DNA from: Takakia lepidozioides
Taxonomy: Eukaryota > Plantae > Bryophyta
Assembly (NCBI GenBank): GCA_030704615.1
Contig: CM060733.1
Span: forward strand, 64,666,001 to 64,730,000
Reading direction: 5' to 3'
DNA: 64,000 nucleotides
Position 1 is the first letter of the stretch. Each line of letters starts with the position of its first letter. Under the pieces are notes generated by a model. That model did not search any database. It saw only the letters and a program-made list of their open reading frames with translations, and had not been told where the DNA came from. Shown piece after piece: positions 24,205-37,993 of this stretch. Both the position numbers and the translations under genes were made by a program.

Positions 24205-25020
24205 TCATGACATCAAGCCTATGACCTGCAATTTGGTTTTTTATGTGCAAAAGAGGCTGGATCTCGGTTGTTCAAGTTGCTTGTGTGTACAAGTCTTGAA
24301 TTTGCAATTTGACAAGCTGAATTCACATTCCCTTGACACCTTGTATGATCACATGTCTCGAGGTGAATACAAATGGTATGGAATCTATTTCATCATGCCC
24401 AAGTAGGATTGCTTGGAGGAATATTTTGATTCTGACAAATTGCAGATTGGTCCTTATGCCTTGGCTGATACATGACCTGCTGTGATTAATGGCTGATAAG
24501 GTAAGATGCTGCAACCTGTGGATCATGCCCAAGATGTATGTTTGAAAATGTGTCTTGAAATGGTAATGGGGCAGGCTGGACCATGGTACCTTGCCCTTTG
24601 CATGACCTCAGCACTTTGTGCTCCTTCAATACATGACCTGCTGGTAAGGTATGTGAGCAGGCTGAACAAGATGCCTTGCAGCCTGCATATAGGCGGCAAT
24701 GTCTTATCTTGTCCTCTTGACGCCATGTATGATTACATGTCTTGGGGCGATTACAAATGGTATGGAATCTGTTTTATCATGCCCAAGTGGATTGCTTGGA
24801 GGCATGTCTTGATTCTTAAATATTCCAGGTTGGTCCTTATGCTTTGCTTGATGCATGACCCTATGTAATAAAAAGCTGATAAAGTAAAGCTGATAAGGTA
24901 AGGTGCTGCAATCAGTGATTTTGACCTTGTCATGACACCAAGCTTGTGACATGCAATTTAGTGATTCATTGGCCAAGTGGCCGGATTTCGGGTGTTCAAG
25001 ATGCTTGTATCCCTTACATG
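24205..25020. repeat. Diverged internal direct duplications (non-coding)
   Basis: ~24330-24510 resembles ~24715-24910 (TACAAATGGTATGGAATCT.TT..ATCATGCCCAAGT). ~24205-24290 resembles ~24927-25015. Confidence 0.7.
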
Positions 25021-26921
25021 AACAAACCCCGCCCTCCCACCCTGTTTTATCATGACTGATTGGGTGATGGCAATTCATGGGAAGCTATGACAAGAATGGA
25101 AATGCTAGATGGTGCCCTATTTTGGGCTGTTTATGTCTTTAATTGACAATGACCCTAGTGGGTCTTGTCCATGTCTTGACATGACATGAATATCCGCCCT
25201 CTGTACTTGGAAACCACACCAAAAAAAGAAAAAAAAAGAGGGAGAGAGCATCAACCCGAGTGTGGTTTGCCCAATAACTGGCCCCCGGAAGGGCGTGGGC
25301 GTTCGGCTCAGCCTTGAGACTTTCAAAGTTGGTAAACTAAGGTACAAGCACAATTCCCTTGATAGCACGCTGGTGCCCTGCTCTTTTTAAAAATTAGGGC
25401 TGGGGCTAACGACCCCCTGGCGTCACAGGGTAAAAAAATCCGTTGCAAGCCGGGGTTGCAACGGCCCAGCGACCCCCGGGCGTCGCATGGCTAAATGAGA
25501 AGCAGTGCCCTGTCGAGGTGTTTTTTAAAATACTTAAGGTTCTACCCAAGCTCACCATAATTCCCATTAAATGTGACTTCGACCACCAGCTTCTCTCTCC
25601 AAGCTAGATATAGATAGAAGACATGGTAAGAATATACTTACACTCACACACCCACTTTGGGCTGGGATGGAGCTGCAAAATAGTAGTCTTCATTTGTTGG
25701 TGTGCAACCTCCAAAGAGGCCCACAAGACATGGAAATAAACAGACAGAGCGACAACTTGGAGAGAACATACCGGACAGGATGTCTGGTCAACCACCAGAA
25801 CCCCAATCTCTGCCATCGAATTTTGGACTAAATGAAAAACAAACAAACACCGCCTGCGAGGATCAGTGTACTCATTGGACCTGCCATAAGCTTCAAACAG
25901 CACTCAAAACTGCTTGCCGGCGATAGGGTAATAATTTGATAATAATTTCTGCAGCAGCTATCGGGAAATGACAAGGGAGATTAGGGTACTCGTTCAACTG
26001 GTTGCCATAAAATGTGAACACTAGGATTTGGGAAGCATAGAAAGAGATTTGGAAAGCTGAGTCGATACAATATACAGAATCTAATACACCCATGCTCCAG
26101 AATAGATGGGGTAAAAAACACTAAGCAACAATCGGTGCAGGTATTTCCCCTCCTCCAGTGCAGCATTAGACATGTGAAATCAGATTTGACATCTCTTGAG
26201 GCAGATAGCCCCCGTTCCTGACATGAAAAGGGCCACAGCAAGCCTGAAAAGTCAACACCCTTAGGGGTCATATGAAGATGAGAAAGAGGACCTGCGCAGC
26301 ACCATGCCTTCCCAACAACTGGGATGATGTGATCCCACAACCAATTGAAGGAACATAGTTCCAGGTTACAAAAGAATGTTTAAGACAAGCTTCCTATTGA
26401 CATCGCCATAACATCTACAGGAGCTGCAAATAACAGAAAACCTGACAACGATTTCCAACCAATCACTGGTTAGGACATACCACTAGAAGCAAAACACCCC
26501 ATGTATACAAATTAACACAGGTACAGCCACACAAACAGATGTGGCAGGCAAAAGATATCCCTTGTTCACATAAATGAATCCCTTGCTTGTGTACAGAGCT
26601 ATGCCAGGTGCCCATCCAATTCACCTCCACAGCTTGTTATTGAACAGGTTCCTTGTTGGAAACCTTCCCTTCAAAGACGTCAGGTGTGGATTGTGCTGTT
26701 AACTCAGTCAAATCCTGACACCAACCCTGCTGGTTTCTTCACCTTCACCACAGACCATTTCGAACTTCCCTGCCAGAACTGACTGTCCCACAATGGTGGA
26801 AGCAGGTCTAGGCATTTCCTATTTAATACCTTGCGATGCAGCCAGCTTAGCACACAGGACAAAAGTGATAACTGAATGGCCACAGAAATACAGACCCAAA
26901 TGATAAATGGGCCCATTACAC

Positions 26922-29900
26922 TCAGTCCTCCTCAACCTCTTCTAGTTGTGCCCGTCTCGCAGCTGCACGTTTCCGTATAAAGATACCCCAACGCAATGCT
27001 GCCTTCAGCTTCAACCACCCAATATTAGCCTTACCATTTGTACGTGGTCTCTCTGCACCTACACTGATGTCAACGGCAGGGGGAAAACCTGCATAAGGGA
27101 AGGTGTCATCTCCTTGCAAAGGGCCATATGTGTTAGGGGTGTCCCCAGCAGAGGCATTGAACATACGCAGCAGCTGCTGGATCTGCAAGTGCATGTCCTC
27201 ATTCTCAAGAATCTCCAGGCTCTTGGCCCGCAATTCATCCTCATTCACAAATTCTTCCACCTGAGTGCCACGTGCATAACTTTCTTGGCCCCGGATCTCA
27301 TGGTATCGAGCCCAATTTCCTGAATTGACACCAGACCCCGGGGAGGAGAGCCCTGGGCCAGAAGAAGCAATCATACCACTTTTGGGGGGGCCCAATGCCA
27401 GCCCAGTCATTGCAGAGTTGCCCCCCCGTATAAGGCTTTGATGTGAGGAACTTGCCTGGGCAGCTTGATGGTTTGATTCCATGTTCATGTGGAGTACAGA
27501 TCCCATCATGCGGTTATGCTGCTGATCTTGCAGCTGAATGGCCTGACTGGGAAATGGTCGTGTAGCCTGTCCGTAGGGATGAGGCGCTGCTGCTCCACTG
27601 CCTGCATGAAGATTACATATGCCCCAATCAGCTTAAATACAGCCCAACCCAACCAAAGAACACATGCATCGCGGTGCAAGAGTGTTCCAATAGCAGACCA
27701 AATTTACAGCCAGAAACCTCAGAGGTAAGAATCAACCTGACAGATTAACTATCTCTTGTGAAAAGAGACATGCTGATAGTTCCCATAGTTCTCAAACATG
27801 GGAAGCCTGGAAGAAAGAAATAGTAAGACAATTGTACAAGATAGTAGGTTGTACAAGATAGTAGATTAATTGAGTAAATGAACCACGACAAGACACAGCA
27901 AGCTATCACAGTCTACTACCCACACACAACTTGCCTTCCTCAGTGTCTACCGACTGGTCACTGACCCCAACTCTAAATTTTCTTGAACAACCTGGAACCA
28001 GCCAAGCACGCAAACACTCCACAAAAAGCATACACTGGTTACAGTGACAGATTTATCAGTCCTACTTGACCAAGAAGTAGAGACAAGGGTACATCAAGAG
28101 ATACAAATTCAACAGGAAAGGGAAGCTTTCAACTTCAAGAGAAGCACATCACCTTTTACCCGACAACTTGAACAGCTCAAGACAGCAGATTCCTTGAGGC
28201 CCATAGCAGCCAACCACTTCTCCCAGAAGCTTTACAGGGAAAGCTCCCAGCGTACATACTATGTTTGTGCAGAGATAACCTTTTCTGCTAGAGGTTCGTA
28301 AATCTAAATTCAAGCACTCCTTCATTCCCAACTTCGCAATCCCCAGTAACATAAATCTTGCAAGTGCAGTACCTCTTTACTTATTGTCTCTGTGAGTGCA
28401 TGCAAGGGATATGCAGGTTAGTGGGGGGTGAATGAAGTGAAAGATGGAATCATAAGCCCTGTCCAATTCCATGAATGCTTTTGAGTGTAACTTCTAGACA
28501 ATGAGCAATCTCACCAAAAATACAAAGTACAGGCACATGTTACTTCTCCAATCCCAATGCACTTGCATTTTTCGTACAAAAAACCTCTTTTACAGCTTCA
28601 AGAATGTATATACAGAACGTCCCTCTGCAATCATCTGGCAAGGAGAGCATGGGGTAAAATTCAGCAACAAAGTGCTGCTTCTACAAGTCAGTGCAACCAG
28701 TATGCCGCTCTTTGACAGCCATCCCTCTCTTTGGAATGCTATTGACAAGCCAGTAACCGAATCCCATAACTTAAACCCACCTTACTGATATAAACTTCAG
28801 ATCCATCTTGCAAAAGAGAGGCAAAATATGGTTCTTCATTGGCTAGTGGTGGCCCCTCCTTATGCAGGCTGCTACCACACGGCCTCTGACAGCTGGAGGC
28901 TTGGGAGCCCTGTAACCTTGAACAACCCACATGACGGCACTGCACCTGAATTTTCTGGCACCAGTCAAATGACACAAAACTCGAGCTAGGAACCGTGTGC
29001 TACTTTAGATGAGTAGCACCCACCCCTCATAGCTAGTCGCTTAGCCCAGGTAGTACCCCAAAGAAGACGCCAAAGAAACCAAATCGTCTTCTACATATTT
29101 AGGACTCTCCATCTCCTTTGTTGTTGATGAAGTAAATTATCTTCTGGATCAATGCAGTGTAGGAGATTGAGCAGTGGGTACGGCAATGACTGCCAGATTC
29201 AAACGTTGCCGAGCTCTCTGCTATTAATTTGGCTTCATATAGGTTTCATTTCTATGTGCAGTGGCTCCCCTAGACCACAGATACAGGATTGAGCTTTGGA
29301 ATGGAATGTAGACCTGGAGTCACGCAAACATCATATCGTGGGCTGGGCGTTGGGCTATGGAAGGGTACCAACCAGGTCCGGCAGCACCAGAGGAAATAGT
29401 GGATGACCGTTGCTGTTGCATTGGAGCTGCATTGGACGATTCAAGGAGCTGCTGCTGGTTGAGGCCAGCTCCTTGTGTCTGGAGGGTGCGCCCGCTCAGC
29501 CCCTGCCCGTTGATGGGGTCTTCAGTATGTGTATCAATTCCTTGCAGTGGGTAGGGTTTCACTCCAATCAGTGCCTCTCCATCATACTCCACCACATTTT
29601 CCCAGTTTTCATAGGCTACCTTTACCAGCTTGTCCACATAAACCTGTGTGGCCAACCATCAACCCTAAGGTTATCAATACCCGAAACCAAGCAAGAAGTG
29701 CAAAACCAATCGTTGGCAGCGTCTCACAAAGTCGCAACAGGCCACTAAGCAGGCTACACATATGAACAATGCCGAAAAGAAAGATGCATACCTTCTCACT
29801 GTCAGAGAGAGAGTCAACAGACATGTAAGCACCATCGGCTATTAAACCCATTAGCTGGAAAATGTTGTTAAAAATGACACCAATGTTTTGCTTCTCATCA

Positions 29901-32900
29901 GCATAGTACACATGCAGCTTGCCGCTGAGGACACAGGTCTTTGCATGCTCAACAGTACCCTCCCACATCTTATTCGACATGCCATTTCCCAGTATCTGCT
30001 GACAACCCACCCACACAATGAGTCTCTACAGACAACTGTACTGTTGACTCATTAGATTCTATTTCAATATCCATCTACTCACAAACTCATTGCTGCAAAT
30101 TTGCTTTCATAAACCATGTGAAATGCCTGAGGATTCACATAGTCGTTACAGAGAATTCGATGCACCGAACTGGACACAGTACTACCACAGAAAGACTTAT
30201 GATCACACAGACCTCCTTAAGAGTCCAGACGGGACCCTAATGTGTTTACATGTCGGCAATGAGACTACTCAACAGGATGGCCATCCAGCACTCTGGGCCA
30301 TCCAGACCAGTCAACCAAGGGCAGAGGTGTTACAACTTCTTCAAAAGAATAATAAGAAATTGCAATAGATACAAGATACACAGTAAATACATTGCGCAGC
30401 TTTTGTGGATCCATGACCACAAGGCGCAGGAAGTCCTCGACTGTGTGGAGGCCAGCCTGATTAAGGCGCTTGTGAAAAGCACCATCCTTGCCAATCTTAT
30501 CAAGTCGCCACACCTCATCATGCAACGCCGGAGGATAGTGCTTCTTGTACACTGCTCCCACCAAAAAACTGAAACAATATTAAACCCCACAAGGGTGTCC
30601 TCGACAACAACCTAGATATGTATCAATTGATCACTTTCAATTTTCAGCTCTTTGATTTCTTAAACATCCAAGAATATGGGTCAGCCTCATCAGCTTTCTT
30701 CCTTAACCACTTCGATACAAGCTGAACCATCAATTCAGCTTACCCTGGTTCCATAAAATACACCCTTTGCAAATCAAGCTGGTGCTCCAGATGCAGTTTC
30801 TTTGCAACCCCTCCACTAATTTGCAAGTTCGCCTTCCAGACTACAAAGAGAACTAAAGAAGAAAAAAGATATCAGAACTACAGGAGAGATGGAAGATCCT
30901 GGTCTTCAATGTTGATAAGGGACTTTCAACATCCATGAGATACTTGAGACCCTGAAGACCAATATAACACCTCACCGAATATAGCAGAATATTTTGGAAA
31001 TAAAAAACACCGTATCCAATGAAACATACATTCACCACGATGGTCTTTCACAGTAAAAGCCTCTGTCTTAGCTTCACGGATACGCAAGCCTTCACAGTAG
31101 CCGGAAGAAATTTTGACGCCCAACCGGAACTTGCGGCTACGAATCCAGCTGGAGTTGTCAGTGAATGTCAACTCACCCAACGTGCCCACCCCTTCTTTCA
31201 ATGTGACAGCCAAGTCTCCCGTAAGGAGAGGCCTCTTCCCATCACGCTCTCTAACCTCGTGATTCTCAAAATCTTCCTGCGGCCAGCTGTCCTCGTCATC
31301 AGCAGAGAAATCACCTTCCAACACTATTATATCAAGCTTGGCAGATGCTTCTGCACCCTCGGTTACAACCTGCCCAGTGTGGCCGTCCTGTAGCACCACA
31401 TAAATAGCAGATCCTTGCTCTCCCTCCACTTTGCTGCCTGTAAAGAGGGGAAGAGCCAACTTGTTCCTAAACTGCAGTCGCAGACTCCGTTGGTCAGGCC
31501 CCTGAATACTTTTTGGAGATGGCCTACAAGTCATATAAACCCACTCATTCCATGAGGTTGTGACCAAGGAACCAGTGAAGCATGCTTGAAAAGAAATATC
31601 AAGGAACTCAAGGAAGTCAAGACAGATGATTGCAGGAGTGCACCAATGGATTTCTTACCGAAATCCCACTTTAGGCGGTGTAAACTTTGCCAGTGCGCGT
31701 TCTACCTCCTCTCCAACCTGCAAAACATGACAGCAACCCAGCTAACTCGTTAAACTAGACCAAACAAATCGCTCCTGAATGCCTAGCTACAATGGAGATC
31801 GCACCTAGGCAGCAGGTCAATTAACTTGCAGAAAACATAAGTACACAACTCCAGATGACAAGGCAAGATCAACACAGGACTTGGCAACCCAAATGTTGCC
31901 AAAAGCCATTCCAAGAACCACCACAAACATGGTAAGTCCATAAAGTCCTACTTCCAAGCACTCTTCAAGACCAAAGGGAGGTACTACTAGGCTGGGGAGA
32001 GGGTTCCTATTTTATAATTTGGTGAATCCCTTCAAAGGATCCTGCCTTCATGGAAGAGTTCATAGCATCCATGCCTTAAAAGCAAATAGGCATACTTACC
32101 CGCGCAGGGAGTCCAGAAGTACAATTTTATATCACAGCAACTCTCTTGCTCAGGAGGGCGCTAACAGTATTGTCAAAAAGAAAAGAAAATCTTAGAAGAA
32201 ATCCATCAAAACGGAGCCCATCAAGCTTTACCAACAGAACTATGGTGTGCTGTACAGAGATAAATCCATCCTTCGTTTTGACAACACACCAACCACATCT
32301 TGGACATATGAGCCTTACAAAGATTCCCATGAATATGCAACACAGTAATCCACGAACACTACAACAGTTGACTGCAGTCCATAAAAAAGGAGTGCACCCT
32401 GTGAAGCAAGTTCCAGAAAATATGGCTTGGGGATCTCTTACACCTAAAACTTTAGCTAATTGTACCGAGATGGAGCCATCTCTTGATTTGACTTTTTTTT
32501 CACAAGCAGAAAAGCTCAAGCACATATGCCGAGTTTATGCATTACTGAGCATACTATTTTAGATTTGCTCACCATCATTGGTTGCAAATATGTGAATGCA
32601 CAACTCTTCCACCGTACCTCTATGTTGGAGACTCGAATTGTATACAGAAACGAGGAAGGAGAACTTACCACCCTTCGAAGTAGAGGTTCCAGAGTTGAAC
32701 ATAGCTTCTGAAGACTGTCTGCCTTGACCGCTTCCACAATCACACTGCACATCATGCTTGGCTGCCGATCAGAATCCAAAATACTACAGCGACACATCTT
32801 CCCTTGTAGATGCTAAGCTCTGCGAACGACAAAGGGGCAGTATCTATGTTCATCAGAGCTTCCTACAGTAGTCAAACTTTTAACACGTGGGGCTACCGCA

Positions 32901-33050
32901 GGTTGAACAAAGTATGATGCGCCGCTTTCACAATTTAACGAGAGACAAGGAGGATAAGATAGACCTGGCAAGGGCAGGACGCTGCCTCTTCTCTTCTGGC
33001 ATGCCATCTTTTGAAGTTTCCTTTTCCAGAGGTCGCTTCTCCCTTGTCAT
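26922..33050 (-). CDS. CBP60: Calmodulin-binding protein 60 family transcription factor (CBP60b/c/d-like, C-terminal CaM-binding domain)
   Basis: Exons 33050-32965, 32744-32669, 31717-31659, 31523-31030, 30551-30391, 29995-29792, 29643-29373 and 27601-26922; all introns GT..AG, phases consistent, 2031 nt = 676 aa. Hallmarks: [69 protein letters not shown]. The donor at 29372 is the least certain. Confidence 0.96.
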
Positions 33051-34282
33051 ACTTTCTTTGTCAGACGAGCTTTGAGAAGTGGCCAGACTGACAGTCGGTC
33101 CAGGTTAAAAGGGTGATATGAACAATTTGAGGCAGATATGCCTAGAAACGATGTAATTACAAGCTTGTAGATGAGTCGACGCAAATTATGTCTCGTCTTC
33201 GAAGTTTTGCAACCCTAATGCAGTGCAATCAGCTGCAAAGTTCCAATTTTTCGAGCTGATAGAGTATAGGTAACCCTAGCTAGTGGGCTTCGTGGATGAA
33301 GAGATTCTAGACAAACATATTTCGACAATTATTCAGCGTCGAACCCCAGGGACCACTATCGCAAGTTAAACAACCGTGCAAGACCAACATCTTCTCGGAA
33401 TGGAGTGCAAGAGAACCACAACAGTAGAACTACTCCACTGACAGACGACAACGGACAATCGAGTGGACTAGTGGAAAGATAGGTTCATACACAGGTAACA
33501 GGAAGCCGGGGCTTGAGAAAACGGTCTGGAGCCCAGTTCACAGCTAAACTACACAAAATCCAACGCTTTACAGGAAAGATCCCGGAAAGAGACACCTGGG
33601 ACAACAGGTAGTCAAACACATCGCTCGAAAACACCCTCGCAGTTTGCCGAGGAGAGTGCAAGGCAATCGCAAGCCCCCTGAAAAGTCCTCACCTGTGCCA
33701 TCACGAGGAGACACCAATCCATGATCATCCATCCATACTCATCCACCATGTCATGCTCCACGCGTTTTCACTCCACTTACGGGGTACGCGGCATGCTTCC
33801 ATTCGCCCCGACGCCGTTTTCCATTGCTCTTCTCACAAATCAGATGTTACATCCACTCCAAGTATGCCACGTACTCTCGAGTTGTCGCAAAAGATCTGCC
33901 AAACCTGCCAAACGCGCAGGATATTCTAGAATACCAGACTCTATTAGATTTTGGTTTTTATTAGTTTTCAGAGCACACTAGACATAGGATGGGAGTTGAA
34001 TGCCCGCATGCGAGCTAACCGGTATGGTCACCAGGGCTGGCCAAGGACGCTCTTGGCAGGGCCCGCAGTCAAATCCCCACCCCCTCAGCCTCGCCCTTGT
34101 GCCTGTATTTATAGAGTAAAATTCTAGCGACGACCGAAGGTCGAAGACTAGTTAGCGTAGGGCAGGAATGGGGTGCCATAGTGCCACATCATCGTCGCCA
34201 TGTCATCGTCGTCATGTTTCGTCACCACGTTTCGTCGTCAATTTTTCTGGATGTGAATTTTTCTCTCCCTGGTAGGAAAGGG

Positions 34283-34961
34283 GGTTGGTATCATGTGAGC
34301 ACAACGTGAGCATGCTCACGTGAGCACAACCCACAGTCATGGGGGTTGTATGTTTTTAAACCGCGGTCATAGGAGTTACATGTTTTGAGGCACGATGCGT
34401 TTACAGAGTACAGAATGATAAACCAGCTGATCTATCTTTCAATTTCGCATTGAGAAATTAAAATTAAATAGTAGTTTCGGGAATGAGAGTTTCAATTTCG
34501 CATTGAGAAATTAAAATTAAGTAGTAGTTTCGGGAGTGAGAGTTTCAATTTCGCATTGAGAAATTAAAATTAAGTAGGAGTTTCGAGAGTGAGAGTTTCA
34601 ATTTCGCATTGAGAAATTAAAATTAAGTAAGAGTTTCGGGAGTAAGACGATAAATTATCCATGGGACGTGACAACCTTTAAGGTTTCTTGGAGTCTCAGC
34701 GCCCTTTTCTCAAGTCAATCATGGAAAGGGCCTAGTATCAGGTGAGCATAACGTGAGGAAGTCCTACGCCTATAGGATAACATGTTTATTATGTATAGGG
34801 GTAACTTGTTTCTTAAGTGTTGCTATGAGGGCCTATGTGAGCAATTAAAAATAGTTTTAGTTTCTCAATTTTCGTTTCGTTGTCGAATATTTTGAAGGCA
34901 TCTTAGGAATATTCGAAATATGCGTTTGTGCTCACGTGAGCATGCTCACGCACTACCCAAC
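34283..34961. mobile_element. MITE/non-autonomous TIR element with internal 53-bp tandem repeat
   Basis: Perfect 25-bp inverted repeat CGTGAGCATGCTCACGTGAGCACAA at 34305-34329 / 34926-34950. Four 53-bp units start at 34437, 34490, 34543 and 34596. Confidence 0.75.
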
Positions 34962-34978
34962 CTCGGACGGCTTGCCAT

Positions 34979-35358
34979 ATGTATGAACAAATGATATGGG
35001 AAGGTGTGACACCCAACCGCATTACTTTCATTTATGTTCTCAATGCTTATGCCAGCTCCTAGGAATCCTGGAGAAAGGTACAGAGGTCCATGTTGACATA
35101 GTGGAAGCTGGAGTTGCACCCGATATCCTTCTGGAGACTACTGGCCTTGTCAATATATATGCCAAGTGCGGGAGCTTGAACGATGCCATATAAGTTTTTG
35201 ACAAAATTTCTCAACGAAATGTGGTCTCATGGAGCGTGACGATTGCAGGATATGCCCAGCATGGGTGTGGTACTGAGGCTGTCAAGATGTATGAGCAGAT
35301 GATACGGGAAGGCATAAAGCCCAACAAGGTCACGTTCATTTTCATTCTCAATGCATGA
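34979..35358 (+). pseudogene. PLS-class PPR fragment
   Basis: MYEQMI..GV.PN.ITF..VLNA, GTEVHVDIVEAG, LVNIYAKCGSLNDA, NVVSWSVTIAGYAQHG. Contains stops and a frameshift. Confidence 0.9.
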
Positions 35359-35630
35359 TCAACTTTCTTTTGTTCTCAGGAAGAAAAGTCGGTTTCGTGT
35401 TGGTATACTAGGCTTTTGGTAAATCTTATAGCTGCTCAGCTGATTTCCAAATGACATGCCAATAAATGTAATGGGGGGCCTTGACAAGCAAAGAAGACAC
35501 CCAATCAACCTCTGAAAGGCAAAAATATTTGCTGATGGTGTTCACTGGATGAATGAATATGTCGTGCGCATATATATCGCTACACAACTACATCGCTGTC
35601 CAAAACCACACAACATATGTGCACACCAAA

Positions 35631-35820
35631 CACTAGTCTATCACTAGTCCACCACTAGTGCACCACTAGGCTGCCACTAGCCACCACTAGTGCAGCCACT
35701 AGTTCATCACTAGGCTGTCACTAGCCAACACTAGTGCAGCCACTAGTCCACCACTAGGCTGCCACTAGCCACCACTAGTGCAGCCACTAGTTCATCACTA
35801 GGCTGCCACTAGTCCACCAC
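35631..35820. repeat. CCACTAG minisatellite
   Basis: Over 15 CACTAG units at ~10-12-bp spacing. Confidence 0.9.
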
Positions 35821-35822
35821 AA

Positions 35823-37993
35823 TGATAAGGAAAGGAATGATACAAGCATACAAGCTATCTCAAACTCACACACTTGCACATGAAAACATCACTCATATAT
35901 TAAGTCGAGCCAAGTGCACCCCACGCCATGGGGAATCCACACTACGGCGCCATAGCTAGACGCGGTGAGGCTCAACTCGAGAAAGATGAGCCCACCGCGA
36001 TCTGCCGTGAAGATAACAACGCCAAGTGCCCAAACATGTATTGGCCTCTGGATTGACACTTGGGTCAATCCCAAATGTCCAGCTAGCTATTTCCTAGCTA
36101 ACTTCACACTAGTGGTAAAATAACTTAACAGCTGTCTGCAGGCTGGTTTCCCCCATAGTTAAGAATTGGGCTGAAAACTATAAAAGATTACCTGCAGGGG
36201 AGTTTTTTTTTTTTTTTTTTTTTTTTCCACTCCAACTGTTCACGGCCTTCCGTGGCTCTAACCGCCACTACTCCTGACGGCCCGCCCTAGGCGCTCGTTG
36301 GCCACGGGCTGCCCAGTGATACCCCGTGGTACCACTCCCACGAGCCTTCACGGCCCGCCATCCCCACGATCTGGTGATTCTCTCACTTGCATGACCATGA
36401 GAGCATCCTGTAGACACTCCTCAAACCATCCTCCACGAGCTCATGAAATTTGGCCTCCAAGGCCCCATGTAAGTCTTCATAGGGTCCGCCAGTGCCTCCT
36501 CTTGTCCATCAGTCATTCCTCATAATGGAACCACCTCAGGAAACCATGTCGTTCACTGAAGGTTCAAAGATGAAGCAAATAAAGGTACATATAGGCCCCA
36601 ACAACATTCTGTCCAAAGGAATTACTTGCAGGCTGGTCTCCCCCATAGTTAAGAATTGGGCTGAAAACCAGAAAAGATTACCTGCAGGGGAGTAAATTTT
36701 TTTCAATTATTTATTATTATTATTACTATTTTTTCACTCTAACTGTTCGCGGCCTTCCGTGGCTCTAACCGCCACTACTCCTCACTGCCCAGTGATACCC
36801 CGTGGTACCACTCCCACGAGCCTTCACGGCCCGCCATCCCCACGATCTGGTCACCGTGTCTACTCGTTGTGTCCGCACCACGACTTCCAACGGTCACGGT
36901 CAACCATCACGACCTGGGCTCATGGTATCTCGTGATATCGCCCCAACGGCCCATCACGACCACTATTCCCTACATTCCCTGGAACTCCCAACGAGTTCCC
37001 ATGAGTTCCCGGGGCGTTCCCGAGTTGGGGTTTGCTCCAGCACTTGCTGCCGACGAGCTATGGCTTCTGCGGAGACATCAGCCCCGTTGCCCTGCACTCC
37101 TGAGCTCTCACGGCCCACTAGAAGTGCCTCCAACTCAACAAGCAAGCTATATGTTGCCCAACAAGCTCCATTTTCTTCATGAACCTCACAAAAACAAATA
37201 TGAAAATACACACATTTACAAACTTGGTGCACCTGCACTTCTCATGCATCTCCTTTGGTTCTAGGGCGCCTCATTGCTGCCCTTCCAGCCCCGCTCTTGC
37301 CACTCCAAGAGCCCTTACACTGCTGAGTTTCAGATTGAAACTCCAACTCAGCACATGCTTCACAAGTGCACTGATTTGCACACAAGAGGGACCAACCCCC
37401 TCTTTTCACTCATACCTCTTCATGAGCTTGGAGCTGAAGCTCCCAACGGGCTGCGATGCATCCCCTCGCAGCTCCACCATTCGGCTGCTCCTCATCTACC
37501 CGCAACAACTAGTTTCGGACAAAAATACCTGGAGCTGATCATATCATCTGCAACCTGCAACATGCTAGCTTCCCATGCACAGCCCACATTCCTGCAGCTC
37601 CTTAACTTGGCCTGCAACTGAAGAAGAAGACCACCAGTTCGCCCATTTGTGGCCAACATCTCATCCGCTTCACACTAGAAGCCCAAACTTGGTTGCCATA
37701 GCGTTGAGCTATGCAACGCCACTCTTCAACATAGACTACCCGCCTCTCTATCCATTGCAAACCTGCAACTTGTTCGTCTTTGCACTTTATCCGCTTTGGA
37801 TAGGCTCACGCATGGATCCCTGCACTCTAGGCTGAACCGCTTCTCATGAAAACACAAGTGCTACAAAACAACTCGAACCTGGCACTCACAGACTCGAGCT
37901 GATCTTTCTCGAGTGATAAGGAAAAGAATGATACAAGCATACAAGCTCTCTCAAACTCACACACTTGCACATGAAAACATCACTCATATATTA
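35823..37993 (-). mobile_element. Small non-autonomous LTR element (286-bp LTR plus truncated second LTR)
   Basis: LTR 35823-36108 (TG...CA). 37914-37993 is near-identical to 35823-35903. The internal region has a ~230-bp direct duplication (36137-36370 / 36627-36850) and no recognisable ORF. No PPT or TSD seen. Confidence 0.7.

Noticed and set aside
27700-29320. Short ORFs inside the CBP60 introns and antisense to its exons
   Set aside because: No motifs; explained as intronic or shadow ORFs.
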